Positions 1 to 13,696 are shown, numbered from the whole stretch's first letter. The stretch: DNA of 63,048 bases, filler included, from Choristocarpus tenellus KU-1152 (GCA_964200185.2; 10 parts of 10 records of this genome joined end to end with filler, not necessarily neighbours in it), one strand, 5' to 3'. Translations and numbers: made by a program. The notes: generated by a model from the letters alone, not told the origin.

Positions 1-19
1 CCCCCAGATACTTTGATCC
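1..19. mobile_element. Terminal inverted repeat end of a Sola2-like MITE (poly-C subfamily), cut by window start
   Basis: CCCCCAGATACTTTGATCC matches the right terminus of the complete copy at 41080-41256 (CCCCCAGATACTTTGGCTC). Confidence 0.75.
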
Positions 20-262
20 ATGGAGATTTTTTCCCCTTGCTCTCCAACAATGAATTATTATGATGTTCTCACTATTGCAGCCTTGTTCACGAGAAAAAGA
101 GTGAAAAGTGGCCAACAATAAAATATGTACGTATTCATGATGGTGCCGATCACCGTTTTCCTTGATGCCCCCACCACCTTTTTTATCTCTCTACAATACT
201 GTCATTTTTTTTTCCATTTCAGGGAATGTTGTGTATGGTGATCAGGGGTACAGTAACAGTAT

Positions 263-333
263 CATACATACATACATACATACATACATACATACATACA
301 TACATACATACATACATACATACATACATACAT
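263..333. repeat. (CATA)n microsatellite
   Basis: Perfect tetranucleotide run. Confidence 0.97.
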
Positions 334-899
334 GCATAAAAGTTCAGCGTTTTTCGGTACCACCTTAATCAATTTGAGTCTCCCGCCATCCAACTCAACT
401 CATTTCATAGAATATCTACAAGAGCATTGAACCATCAGAAAATGCTGCCTTGCTTTGGTTGTGCATTTATTCATGCTTTTGACACTTACCTCTCTGACTT
501 TCAGGTGTCTTGTTTTTTTGTTGTATAGAAATATTACTCCAGCATATCCTATGTCAGGGCTGGGTAAGAGCTCAGTATCAATGTCCATGGTGCTAATTAC
601 CACTACAACTCTAAGCCGACAACAAGCAAATCTGAAACAAAAACAATCTACTGTTGATAATATACCATGTATCTCAAAGTAGTTCTCAATTCTTTTTTTT
701 TTAATAGAGTAGAACAAGAGAATCTTGAAGTGACACCAATCAATTCGAAAAAACGTCTTCGTGTGACTTCCACCCTACGCAAGTAAGAAAGCTCTACACA
801 CGAGGAGAGTCTTCTATGCAGTTACATGTAAGGAAGGATCCTGGACAAGAACTGAAATCCACATCAAACTTGGACAAGAGGAATGTTCCGAACGAACAT

Positions 900-2500
900 G
901 ATGCAAGCACACACTTTGTTTATAGCGATACTTCAGAGTACTCTGATACATGCAACAGTGACACACCGTTTATCTCCACTATAACCTTTCACGCCAAGGG
1001 CAACACATCGCAGCACATGTTGATGGCATAGAGGCATGGCAGATCGGCTGCTTTGGCGCACTGATCACCTTCTGTATTTCTTATCTACTCCCTGTACGAC
1101 TAAAATCAAGAGTGTGCGTGGGGAGAGGTGGATGGGGGACTGAGATTACGTGGCCCTCTCCAGACAAAGATAGTTATGGTCAAGGCGAACTGTGATGAGT
1201 GCTACATGAAAGAACGGGAGGTTTTTCTTGTCAGTAGTGTTGCTTGTTCATAGTGGTGTTGGGATCTAAGGAATGCCCCCTTGCTGTGTCTGGAGCCCAT
1301 CTGTCCAGACTGTAATCGTGGTGGATGGTTGCACCTTTCTTGCCCATGACAATCTCCCGGACACAAAGGACCAGTAAACATGCAATCGATACACAAGGAA
1401 TCGAAGGAACTGAGAGAGAAGGTGTTTGCTTTGATCATCTCGATTCTAAAGAGTATTTTCAACTTCGCTTTGCAAAGAAGATGACACAATTCAAAAGAGG
1501 ACATTAGATGATGATATCACCTAGTGCTGGAAACTGAGGATATTACTTAGAGAGCAAAATACCCTATAAGGTATGAACTACGCGCTCCAAAGGCAAGTCC
1601 ACCAAAACGTCAGAGAGGCCCTTAGTACTCAACATGACCTTACTCTCAGTTACTTTTGCTCCAACATATATATGAAGTACATGTGTTGATGCTAATCAAA
1701 GTAGAGTCTACCGCCATTGCTCTCACTCTAGGGCATGTATGCGAAGAGGTCAATGCAGATTGCTATTTCGAATACAGCGAGGAGTTCAACAGTCAAGGAG
1801 TTGATTTAGAGACAACGAAGTGCTAGCTGCTCATTCTGTGTGTCAGTAAGGCACGGCAGAGGCCACTAGGAGAGTCCCAAACAGACCAACATGTCCTTGA
1901 TTTCACCTCTCTATCTTCTGCATTATATCTCGTTGTTGCTTCTTAACTATTCGGTGGATCACCGCCCGCCGGATATCTCTTCGTATCTTTGCGACTCTTG
2001 CATTCCATCTGTCCCACAAGGGGGTTGAACAATAGGTACAGGGGACAAGAGAAGACAAGGAGACTGACTTGATGCTACTCAAACTTGTTGTGTATGGTAA
2101 GGCATTATTAGGGGGGCTTGTTGAATGCAGTACTCGGGCAGCTGGTCTGTAAATATCCATAGCAGGTCATGTCACAGTACAGTAGTCTCAGCCTTGTTGG
2201 TAATCATCGCACCAAAGGTGCACAACAGATAGTGTGCATCGTCGGACCTGCTGCAAACTGCGCACTCCCGTATATGTACCTTTGCTTTGAGGTTGAGCAA
2301 CACAAAAGGAAGAAGCTATTATCAAGCATCATACTCAAAGGTCTGTTAGGTCTTTATCCCGAATGAACAACATATTGCTTGATGTTCTGTGTGGAGATGG
2401 TATACTTGTAGCCCGGTCTGTTTTTTTACTTTGTAAAATATTTTTAGCACCACATACTCTGGAGAATAACTCGTTCATGCTGATATCACCTTTCTGTGAT
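900..2500 (+). mobile_element. Highly decayed Helitron/Helentron-like Rep (HUH endonuclease) relic
   Basis: Frameshifted fragments occur in the expected Rep order: CFGALITFCIS (~1050, cf. GxPxxFxT), NRGGWLHLS (~1315, cf. QxRGxxHxH), HCSHSRACMRRGQCRLLF (~1715, cf. HxxxCxxxxxCRFxFP), SQYSSLSLVGNH (~2170, cf. YNPxxLxxxxNHD). Many stops. Confidence 0.35.
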
Positions 2501-3479
2501 TGCCCGTAAGTTGCAAAGAACTGATGTGAAGGAATAAGAGGACACGTGGCAATGAAATGTTTTTCTTTCCTCTCTACCTATGTGCTCAAAACATTTCCAC
2601 CTACCACTCACCATTTGAGAACACCATTTGTTCTGTTGACTTCATTCAGAGTACACCAAACCATGGATAAAGATGCCAGGTAATGTACTACAGCATGACC
2701 CCTCTTAAGAAAATTTCTCTAAAAAACATTGAAATATAATATTCCAAGTCCCCCTCATTCCCGGTTTTGGTAATTTAGTCAAGAGTATTACCTGTTGAGG
2801 AAGTGAAAGACCCCCTACCTTTAGGAGGCATACGAGAGCAAAAGATGTAGGTTTGATAAGGCTCTGACCTAGACCTTTCTTGTCTCTAGAGTTCTATCTT
2901 TCACTCCATTCAATCAAATGTTGTTGAGCAGGGTACCGCAGTGAAGAAAATGAAGTAATTGTAGGCGTCTAGGTACTGCATTGCAGATATGCAAGGTATT
3001 GGATGGGCATGATACTGCAAGGAAAAATTGCTTATGCAGGCCTCATCAACGAAGACTCCTCCCACCTTCGGGAAGGTATTCACTGGCAATTATTACTTGA
3101 TATTGTGGTAGAGTATCCTTCCACAAGGGTCAGTACAAGACATGATTATTCCACCTTGTTTGGTATTCCTTTCATCCCTTTGGTCCCAGTCCATGGTGTG
3201 AGATTACTATCATTCATACTATCCCCTTGAACATTGAACCCATTTTTCTTGGGACCCTCGGACGATCTTAGATACACTTCTACTTTCCTAATCAAATTTG
3301 TGTCATCAGTCCCGGTCCATTATCTCAAGTACCAAATGTACTTACTGGTTGGAGGTGTGACAAATGAAGCGGAAGGACTTTAATACCAAGAGGGGATCAG
3401 TAAAAGTATAGTTCAAATTTCTCAACAAGGATATGTTGTTGCCTTCCATCACTACTATACTTAGAAACCAATCTCTTGC

Positions 3480-5300
3480 TTGTGTTCTCCCCTTTTTATA
3501 GTGTACATCCTCCGACCCAGACATTCACAAAGAGATCGAAGCAACCTGGACCATCAGTGATGAACTCACTCGTGTGTTTGAGAGAAGATTTTCCTGCCCT
3601 TGACCAAGAATGCATAGACGATTTCGCGTGCCTCAGTGTTCCTCTGTAAATTGAAATGAAAAGGGGATGTGCGAAAGAGGGTAGGGGAAAGCGCCTTATG
3701 ATGTGGGTGGTTTTGACTGTTTTTCTTGTTTGGGACCACAGGAGTAGGACAAGTCATGCGGTTGAGAGATTGACGAAGACAATGGATTGAAACACATGGA
3801 TATCGTTTTGGATAAGGGCTTGGTGTTTGTGAGATGTTTTTTGTAAGCTCCTTCATTGTGCTGTATGTTTACAAAGGAACACAGCACTGTTCTTGTTCTC
3901 ATGAACACAAAGCATGAGCTTCAAATCACAAGTATGTTGCGAACCTCATACACAAGACCCACTAATCACCATCTGAAGCACAGTATGCCAGAAGATCTCT
4001 ACAAAGGACTTCCTCGTCTGTTGTTCATTTTGCGTATGATGATACAACTGAGGTGGGTATATTTCTCTTCGAGGATAGAGCTGTACTTCAGAAGTGGGGC
4101 ATATTGAGGACCTTGATGATACTGAACAAAGTTATATCCCCAAACACAATATAGAGCGGTTCATCATAGGTAGTATGAACTCAATACTGAAGCAACTCTG
4201 ACCAAAATACAACTATATGTAGTATACAATCTAAACCACCATAGTAGTTCAACAGGTACAAAATATATACCAAACTGGGGAGCAATTTGTCATCGATATT
4301 GGATACGAACAATGAAACTACTCAGAGAAATAGAGCAATAAACCTTTGCTGATCATCGAGCAACACAATAGACAAATCGTTTTCTTTTATCTTTTCAGTG
4401 GCACTTGTTTTCTGGTGGGGATGGGGGCAACTTGGCAGGAAGTTAAAGTGGGATTACTTCCCTTACATCCACAGTGGAAGCCAACCCCCTCATGAAGGCA
4501 AAATGCTGCAAGTACACCAGAAACACTGGGACCTGGACAGCATCGCCATCTTCCCTATCCCAAGATGGTTGTAGAACCGATAGAGAACATGCATGTGGGA
4601 AAGTAAGAGAGGCAATATCAGGGTTTGTTTGAGGTCTGGAGAGGAAACAACCACCCAAGCATTTTAAAGGGTAGGAGTTTTGCCCTGTTTGTCCGTTCGG
4701 GGCTTGACTTCCTGCCTTTTTTTTGCCCATTTTCGGTTTTCAGTGTCAACACAGAGACCTGAAATCTACAACTATATGGCCATGAAAGGTGTGTCCAGAG
4801 CAAGGATATTGACACTTGCTAACAAACACGATAGCCAAAATCATAATTAAATTCACAACATTGGATTTATGACCCTGAATGGATGCGGCCCTGCACTTTT
4901 GAATGCTTTGACTCAAAAATATCTCCTTATGATCATGAGTTCGGCCAATGGCACTGTCGAGCGGCCTTGTTACACTGGAACACCAAGCTTTCCCGGGTTG
5001 TGTGTGAGAAAACATAGACGTGATTCGATAAGAAGCACCATACAGGTGTTTGCTTGAGCTTTCACACACCCTTTATACAAGAATTGCACCGTGTCTTCTC
5101 ACGAGCAGCATGAATATGGTGTGATGAATCAGCCTAATCTCACAGAATTGTGCTGCTGCATATCCACATTCAGTTCATCCATACTGACCAATGGGTCCTA
5201 TTTTGTCTCCATTTCATCATTGCATATCCCTCTCCCACTTGCCCAACCAACATTTGCCAACCAAATATGACGACACTCACTGCAGTTGCTCCTCCCTACT
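3480..5300 (-). mobile_element. Decayed Sola-type DDD transposase relic, interrupted by a MITE
   Basis: Minus-strand fragments in order: GVCESSSKHLYGASYR (~5030-5075, cf. VCxxxFxxLYG), LMLCVHENKNSAVF (~3875-3915, cf. DNCxxENKN), IVYAFLVKG (~3600, cf. FLxxGHT). Stops and frameshifts throughout. Confidence 0.5.
4655..4914. mobile_element. Degenerate Sola2-like MITE (~260-bp subfamily)
   Basis: Colinear with 44981-45240 (GAGTTTTGCCC, GGGGCTTG, CAAGGATATTGACACTT, GATAGCCAAAAT); ends in TTTGACTC. Confidence 0.8.
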
Positions 5301-5509
5301 ATGTCGTCTCCTCAAGAATTCTGTGGGAAGCAGCGAGAAAAACGCTGATATCATCTGGCCATGGTGATTACAGGGTGTGATTCGAGGGTAGAGTGAGCAA
5401 GCTAGAGTTTTTGAGGTTACTAAGGTGGACTTGGAAAGGGTTTGAAATTGGGCTGTAGGTACGGCATGGCAAGATGAGAGCACAAGTAGTGTGGAGCAAA
5501 GGTAGGATG

Positions 5510-5877
5510 GGGTCAAAATATCTGGGGGGGGGTGTCGNNNNNNNNNNNNNNNNNNNNNNNNNNNNNNNNNNNNNNNNNNNNTTAATTAATTAANNNNNNN
5601 NNNNNNNNNNNNNNNNNNNNNNNNNNNNNNNNNNNNNTTTAATTAGGAAAGAAAAAAAAAATTCTACTTTTCCTTTTATAACCCAAAAGATTACCCCGGG
5701 GCAGACCCCCCCCCCCCCCCCCCAGATACTTCGGATCTCCATTCGGACCCTAACCAGGAAGAGTGCACTTACATTATCCATCTGACGCATGCAACCAAAT
5801 CACACAAAAAATGCGACATGGAAAAATGGGCCCAAATGGACACCTGCCACCCCTCCCCCCCCCAGATACTTTGAGCC
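5510..5877. mobile_element. Adjacent or nested poly-G/C MITE pieces flanking the first gap
   Basis: GGGTCAAAATATCTGGGGGG before the gap. After it come two right termini, CCCCAGATACTTCGGATC (~5720-5737) and CCCCAGATACTTTGAGCC (~5860-5877). Segment 5738-5877 is the reverse complement of the 41080-41256 type. Confidence 0.75.
5538..5637. other. Artificial contig spacer
   Basis: N44-TTAATTAATTAA-N44 (stops in all six frames). Confidence 0.98.
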
Positions 5878-6839
5878 TTTGCAGTGATCACTGTAGTGGG
5901 ACAGTCTATTATATCAATCAATGCAAGTAACTGGCCCACTTCTAGCATATTTGAGGCATATTTGTTTATGGCATATTCCTAGCACAATGACCATGACTCA
6001 TGGTACACCCATGGCACACTACTGACAACTATGAAAGTCCATATTTTGTAAAGTTCCCATTGTCCAGAACACATAATATCGTTGACTCTGGTCATGATGT
6101 ATGCACGAGATCAAAGGAGATCAGAAATTTGATAATTAAGCCTAGAAAAACTGTGTACCTTAAATAGATATTTATTCTGTAGGAATGAAACATCTCCTGC
6201 CATTGGGTCCTGGCAAGCATGAGGCGATCAAGGATCGGATGACCGCTTAAAACACCTGGGTGATTGATAACTGCGATTGTTCTCTTGAGCAGAACGTCAT
6301 TTCTGAGTGGGATACATAGAGTTCATCACTACTATGTCGAATTATGCGGTATTCAAACAATGGCTTTGCACAACTTGTATTGCCTCTGTGCCATAAGTTT
6401 GTGCCACGAAACATCTGGGCTCGCTGAGCAAGAATGGTGCTGAATCGGACGACAACCCCACAGAATGAAATTGGGTTGACAATATCAGGGTTTAGAAAAG
6501 GTGGGGTCGAGGATCATCAGGTACAAACTCGAGGTGCTTCAAGCCATCAAAGTAGGGATCTTTTGGGGTGATTTTGAGACCAGAACTGGGCACGTCGAGG
6601 GTCAGAACGTCAGCATAGTAACTCCCCCCACGTAGGAAGGGTGCCCAAGTGTCCCTGAATACCAGGGTTGCGCTTGCAGTGCAGCACGCCCCTGCGATGG
6701 TCCCTGGCAAGCATAAACTGCCGCAACACGTTGGGCTGGCCTTCGCAGCGGGGTTTGGAGTGGCCGAGCATTACATGGGAGGGCTCTGGGGGACATCGCC
6801 CATCAGCTCGCCCGTGGTCACACGCTTGACCTAGGAGTG

Positions 6840-8040
6840 GTGGCACGTAATGGGTAGCCTTCAGAGCTCACACTGACCAAGGTGTTCGCAGTATATAGTA
6901 TCAACTCCGATAATCGGTCATCCACAGTGCTTCAGGTGACTATGAAAATGGCCGCCAAGGGGTTGAATCATATAGTATAAGCACCACAAATAGGTGTTTG
7001 GATGATATGTGGCTATAACGAATCGCCGCTGGATCAAACCCAAGCTTAAATCGTGGCAAAAGGTATGGAGAATGGACTTTGTTTGCGATCAAGTGAACTA
7101 GAAGTGTGGTGTGTATGCCTCCATGGCGAACACAACCCATGTGGCTGAGAGTTGGCTTTATATGGTGGCTGATGGGGAAAGGGTTAGGGTATTTCCACAT
7201 GAGGATGATAGCGACCTTCCAGGGTCCCCTACTGTGCACTACAAGAGTCATATACCCCAAACCATGATCATTGCAGCCAACACCCGCCCAGATTCGGGTC
7301 ACAGCTTTGACGGAAAGCTTGGTGTTTGGCGTGTGTGCGCGCCAATAACGGCAGACAGGACAAGCAAGAACCATAAAAAGGGGGATGTGTATGAGCAGGA
7401 CCGTACTTTAGACCATTTGTGGTACAGGAAGTGGTATACGGAGGAGCTACTGCCTGCAATCAAGACCAAGATGCCTTCGTTGTAGGGGAAGCATGTTGTT
7501 GTTCAACAAGACGGTGCCACCCCCCACACGGCCAAGGAAAAGGGAAGAGTGAGGGGTGGTTGATTAGGCTTGTGGCGCAGCCATCTAACTCCCCCGACCT
7601 CAATATCATCGACCTGTGCTTCTTCAGGTCTTTGAATTGCCGAGTGATGGGTGAGCAGTTCAGGGTCTGTCGAGGAGATGGTGAAGGTCATCAAGAAACA
7701 GTATGAGGAGTACGATGAAGCCACACTGTAGAGGGCTTGGCCACTCCTTTTTGGGTTGTACAATCAAGTACTTAGATACAAAGGGGGAATGAATTCAGTG
7801 TGGAGTACACAGGGGAAGGAAGAGACAGTTGTCTGGTGAGTTTGAAAACAAGCCGAAGGTAGACATGGGTGCTTTTTCTGTGGCTGATAAAATTGTGATG
7901 GATGGGGATTAATAATAATAAATAACCGAATCTAACCAGAAATGCGTCAAGGATTCCAAATCTTCTTTCAGAAAGGAATTTAATCATTATCTTCAAAAGG
8001 TATGGACAACGCGGCACAGACTTACGGCACGGAGGTAGTA
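6840..8040 (+). mobile_element. Decayed Tc1/mariner transposase of plant-type (DD39D-like) lineage, with a Stowaway-like right TIR
   Basis: Motifs THVAESWLY (cf. HIDEKWFY), KSHIPQTMIIAANTRP, FDGKLGVW, LLPAIKTKMP, VVQQDGATPHT, QPSNSPDLNIIDLCFFRSL. In-frame stop at 7483-7485 and frameshifts. Ends ACGGAGGTAG|TA at 8029-8040. Confidence 0.88.
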
Positions 8041-9044
8041 TATTCCATTTTTATTGCCTTGGGGCACCTATTCGACTTGTGTTGGCCTTGTAGAGGAGAT
8101 GAAAATGCAAAAAAGTATGATGAATGAATCTCAGGAGGTTCTAGATCAACCACAAAGGGAATATTGCATCGTTGTCCTTGAGAATAATCACTTTTGAATG
8201 AAGTTCGAAATGCTAGAGGTACTCCACCTTGTTGAAGCAGTAGGTTGGACTGTTCCTCCATTGTCTATACGAAACAAGTTGCTGTGTTGGAGTGTAAGGA
8301 ATACAGTCTTGATGTCATTGACTACTGTAGCAACAATCTTTTCCCATTGTTTGGGGGGTGTTCATATAGCTTTCTCAACCGCCTTAGGATTGGAACCATG
8401 AAGAGCTCTGTCACTTCTTGAAGTCTGTCCATTTTGTTCATTGGGGGTACCTTACTGATGAAGACGACCACTGACACCACAACTTTGAATGATTTGGTCT
8501 TGTTTCTTAGAAGCAACGATACACTCCAGTCAACATCAGCTCTTTCTTACGTACCTTGAGAAATGCCTATGAAAATGTGAACGACCCTTGCCCTTACCCT
8601 TTCAGAATAGTTTTCATCTTCACATGCACTTGGTTAACTTACAAATGTTCATAGAAAGCATGCAAGGCTCGTACTTTAATTATGGCTAGGGTCAGTGATA
8701 AACTCTTCAACTTGCTCCAGAGCACATTTTAGTATTTTATGTGGGACTCTTTTGTGTGTATAAAAGCAAAAACTTGAAGAAGTGCATTTATCATCCGGTT
8801 CCAATTATTTTCGAAAAACAAAGTACACATCTCGGGCATAGACAGACAAAACTATTCCTTTTTAAATATAGACTCTCTGGCAGCATGCTGTGGAAAACTC
8901 AGAGGCGATTTTCTTCAGCTTTCCATGGATCCAAAAAATATTGCTTGAACAGAACTGTTGGATGTGCCACTCGGCCTATTCCCTCCCCTGCTATGTTAAA
9001 TAAACTCCAATCTGAACCCTCAACCTGCGGGTTGTGTTTTTAAG

Positions 9045-10062
9045 GTGTCGTGTATGGTACATGTTGCGCAGCATTTGAGCCCCTTTTGGGTCAACCTTCC
9101 CACAACACATATGGGGACGTATTGCAAGCACCTACCAGGAGGCTGCAAAAGGAGAGCAAAGGCAAGGCCGGTGGAGCTGCAGATGGAGAAGGTGGTCAGA
9201 ATCCTGTAATGCGTGAGTTTTTCGAGCATCACAGGTTAGTCGGGAAGAATCTCTTTGAGTGATACAACAACATTAGCCTCTGGCTACATCTTCCAGTTTT
9301 AGTTTCAATGTTTAGCTATTTACCGTGGTCTTTTTTCTTGTTGAGTGTTGACAGGTTTTAAATAAACAGTGGGACTAAATGACCCCTCATTAACCTACAA
9401 TCAGACCCTTAGTCCAAGTTCCCAAGCCCCCTGTGTAGAGAGCCACTGACTTCTACTCAGAGCCCTCACGGATAGAGTGAATGCTAAGCTTCTGGGGTTG
9501 GGTTGGGTTGCAGCCCAAACAGGTTCTCCTAGAGTAGTAGCCCCTAATATTCAGACAAACATACTTCCAAGTCAATTGTTGAAGGGATATTTCAACACCT
9601 ACACCGTGGTGATTCAGTCCTGCAACACCTTGGTTCTTAGTCTCGTTCAGGGTAGATTTTTGGGGTGGAAGTTGTGAAGTAAATGATGGTGAAGTTGCTC
9701 TTTTCCATATCAGGGGTTAAAACATATTATAGAACTGTGCTTGGTCTTGCACATAGTCTGGTGCTGAACCAACCCTTACTAATGCTGAATGAAGCAAGGC
9801 ACAACTCATGGGATGACTTAAGGACAAAGAGAGAGTGAGGATGGAGCCTGTGTGCATTAGCTATATTCCCGGTGGTGTTAACATACATCACAAGTTACTC
9901 TTTATCACTATCTTCCCAATATGCAGGACCTCTGTCTTGTTTGTGGGCTTCAAGAAAAACACTTCACTGACCATGGTGACACTAGATAACTCAGGGGTGC
10001 TTGCTCTGTGGCCATACACAGAATCAAATTTCACCGGGTATGGATGGTACCGCCCAGAAAAG
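9045..10062 (+). CDS. Two internal exons (9045-9234, 9927-10062) of a probable WD40/beta-propeller protein, partial
   Basis: AG/GT-bounded, phase-compatible exons join to EFFEHHR|TSVLFVGFKKNTSLTMVTLDNSGVLALWPY, a WD-repeat-like H...D.sG.l.lW pattern. Confidence 0.6.
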
Positions 10063-10620
10063 GTACGCCAAGGTGTTAATCCTAACCCCGACCCTAACCC
10101 CACCTGTTCCTCCTACCTCGGTAATGGTAAACCCAGACAATAGTCCAGCAGAGTGAAAGGAGAGACTCTCCTAAGAATATATGGGAATCCCATTACGTTA
10201 TTTTCTTGATTATTGTATGTTTTTCTTCATGGCACCAAAGATTCTACCTCTAACATGATGGTTACAGGGAAGGAGCAGCCAATTGGCTCAATTGCCATCA
10301 TGTTTATAAGTGTTGAATACGCAAGGTCACCCTTCATGCCTATGATATATACACAGCATAGGGTTCTCATCATACTTACTCATTTATATAATTCTAGACA
10401 TGTGAGCAGGAGGCATGCATGTTATGTACGCATGCATTTGGCATCAACGTACCAAAAAAGAAACAAATGAGGGGATATTCTGCACATTTTAAGGCATTTA
10501 AGAGCTTCCCACGTGATATAGCTCCATGCCTGTCAGCAACTTTCATACTTCGTGTGTTGTTCCACACAATTTTACAACTTAGTTCATGTTTGATAGACTC
10601 CTACAGTTCTTGAGTGTCTC

Positions 10621-10660
10621 TCAGGCCCAATGTATCTGGGGGGGGGGGGGGAGGTTACAC
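10621..10660. mobile_element. MITE left terminus with poly-G, cut by the gap
   Basis: GGCCCAATGTATCTGGGGGGGGGGG resembles GGCTCAAAGTATCTGGG. Confidence 0.6.
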
Positions 10661-10760
10661 NNNNNNNNNNNNNNNNNNNNNNNNNNNNNNNNNNNNNNNN
10701 NNNNTTAATTAATTAANNNNNNNNNNNNNNNNNNNNNNNNNNNNNNNNNNNNNNNNNNNN
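10661..10760. other. Artificial contig spacer
   Basis: N44-TTAATTAATTAA-N44. Confidence 0.98.
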
Positions 10761-13662
10761 AAGTTGTATCTGAACGTCAGGGCGGTGCTACCAACACTAG
10801 GAGAGGGGCTCTAAAGTCGACATTGTCTGCTGCATTGGCGGTGGTGACTACGACCCTTCCTGTGGGTACAATGCTTGCACCAGAGGCGCAGGCAAGGAAA
10901 GCGGGAGTCAACAGGCCGGTGAGTCTCTCCCTGCCTTGCCTGCACCCCCCACACAAATGCCTTTCCACATACCACATTCTTCCAGGCATGTCATGAAGAA
11001 CTAGGCATGTGGGGAGTGTTGCTGCAGGTTAAATTCAGTGCAATTCTGACCGTATTGCTATTATTTTGTTGCTTTGCTGCTGTAGTACCACTCAAGACGC
11101 TAGCTTGACCAGCTCTCGTTAGTGTTATTTTGTATAATTGACTTTGTGTGATAGTAATATTAATTGGTATATACTACGTAACGTTAATACTTGATCTAGG
11201 AGCACCCTAGGCATATCGTAGTGGGTGTTGGTAGGTTCATTATTCTTGAATGCTAGGCAACAGGAAGATGAAGCTCTGTGAAGACTCCCACAATAGTGGA
11301 CAAATAGAAGACTTGGTCAATTCTTGCTGTGACAATATTTGGAGAAAAGTGAAGACCCGAACATTCTCTTTCAGGGTTTTTCACAGAGCTGGGCAGAAAG
11401 CATGTTCACCGCTGGCCATATGACCACAGGCCGACCACAAGCCTAACTACGTTCAAGCAGTTGATGGGCATGAACTCGGCTATATTTAAACTTGGTTGTA
11501 CCGGGCTGGTCAGTGGCCCCTGGTAATTTTGAAGTAATGATGGGCATGAACTTGACCATATTTAAACTTGGTTGTAACAGTCTGGCCGGTGGCCCACGGT
11601 CATGTTGAAGGCATGATGGCCATAAGTCAACCATGTTGGAACTTATGTGTACCTGGTCGACCAGTGGCCCCTGATCATGTTGAAGTATAGGAGGACATGG
11701 ACTTGCTCATGTTTGAACATTTTTATCTATGGCCGGCCAGGTAAATATAAAATATTAAAAAAAAATTACTCTCAGAATGGCCACGTCATGGCCATGCTTC
11801 CTATTTTTCCATTCGCTCTACCTGTGTATTGTTTACTATTCTACTATTGTAAGAACTAAATGCCAGGTGTTAGAGATTGATGTCATGATAGTTCGTTTTT
11901 TTGTTCATATTTTTTGGTATTTTCTACTTTAGATTTCGTTGTGGTGGGCGTTTTGGTAATTGGGGTGATTTGTGTGATCATTGAATAGTACAAGCAACTT
12001 CAACTCTCTGTGCGTACACGCCTCCTTACATTTTCATTGCACATACATACGGATGTGTCCTTCATGACATGTAACTTCACCTTCACAATTTTGTACACAT
12101 TTTTCACCCAGAGTGGCCAAATGAACTGGGTGGTTGGACTGATGCAACATGTACTGGACATGGTCCGGACATTAAGAAAACGTTAGACTGGCTGGGAAAC
12201 ATGGGCCCGTACAATACCTAGTGGGCATGGTCCGAACATGTTAGAGAGTGTTAGACCCAGTCTGATCGGCAGATATGGACTTTGACTGGGACATGTCAGA
12301 TAATGGTGGTCAGAACTCACCGGTCCAGTCAGCAGATGGAAACATTTTTTAATTTGCTGGAGCGGTGAAATACCCTGGTACTTTGAAGTAGAAACAAAGT
12401 GCTGTGGTGTTGCTGAAAGAGATGACGCAAGTAGAGTTGGCAGTGTTAGGTTTAGGGTTACTATTCTCTCTACGTCTCCAGCAGGAGTTTTTTTCTTGGT
12501 AAAAAAAAAAATAGTATGGTGTGTCGGGATGTTATCTACGGTGATGGAAATGGAGGGGTGACTATGGTACAGTATAGTAAAGTACAGTGAAGTAAAGTAA
12601 AGTAAAGTAAAGTAAGAACAGTACTGTAACATCAACCCGTGATACATCCTTAAGAGGTACATTTCCAATGGGCACATCTGTTTACTTGGAACGTCATGCT
12701 GCTGATTCTATTTGATACTGTGCTGCTAATATTTTGATCATTCCTGGTCTTAGTACTGAACCAACTATGTGGGATGGGGCCGGGGCGGGGCGTAAGTTGG
12801 CTCGGTAACATCTATTTTGGAATGGACCGGATCTGGTCTGGTCCTATTATATATGTATGGTGTTAGAGATTGTATTTGTTGCATACTTCAGTTCTGTGAT
12901 GTAATGAAAAAGACATATATATATATATATTTATTTATTTATTTCGGTATTGCTTGTCAGTGTATATGGGCCAAAGGAACTGAGAAGGGTGCGTGTTGTG
13001 AGTTTTTGTAATTTATTTTATGGTTTTGCAACTTTTGGTTGAAGGGGATGAAGATGTTCACAACAGGCCGAAGATGAGAACTTGCTTCTGCAATGACTCA
13101 ACTGACAGCCATTAATATATGGGATAACTTACCTCCAAAGGAGAAATGGGCAGGGAAACCTAACATGCCGCCTGCCTGCCTGTCTGCCTGCCTGCTTGCA
13201 CCCTCACCCCCAGGATCTCCTCCCAAAGGAACAGACAAATGTTATCGACCTTGTGAATTTTCTCACCAAGGGGGAAGAGAAACGGATGAACAAGGTCAGC
13301 TTGTATAGAGTAATAGAGTTTGTTCCTGTAGGTGTTTTTGTGTGTGTGTTGTCCATGGGCGGACGATTGCAATGTGGGCATCATCACACCTGACAGGATA
13401 TATTTGGATAATTTGATTGGATTGACTCTCCTCTTCGGCGAATTGAAGGACTGAAATGGTGGTGTTTGGTGTTTGGGTCAAGGGTGGTGCTGGACTTAGA
13501 GGTTGGTTTTGTCCAGTGGTTAAATGTTGTGATCATCATTGGACTGAACTTTGTGAGGTTCCAAGCGCACTGAATCATACCAAGTACTTTCAGCCATTTG
13601 CTAGTATACCTACATACATACCTACATACCTACATACATACATACATACATACCTACATACC

Positions 13663-13696
<34 letters not shown>

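Noticed and set aside
162-368. ORF with IHTY repeats (also 13456-13743)
   Set aside because: Translation of (CATA)n microsatellites.
8041-8560. Coding-like minus-strand fragments next to the mariner
   Set aside because: Multiple stops and no assignable domain; probably an older TE relic.
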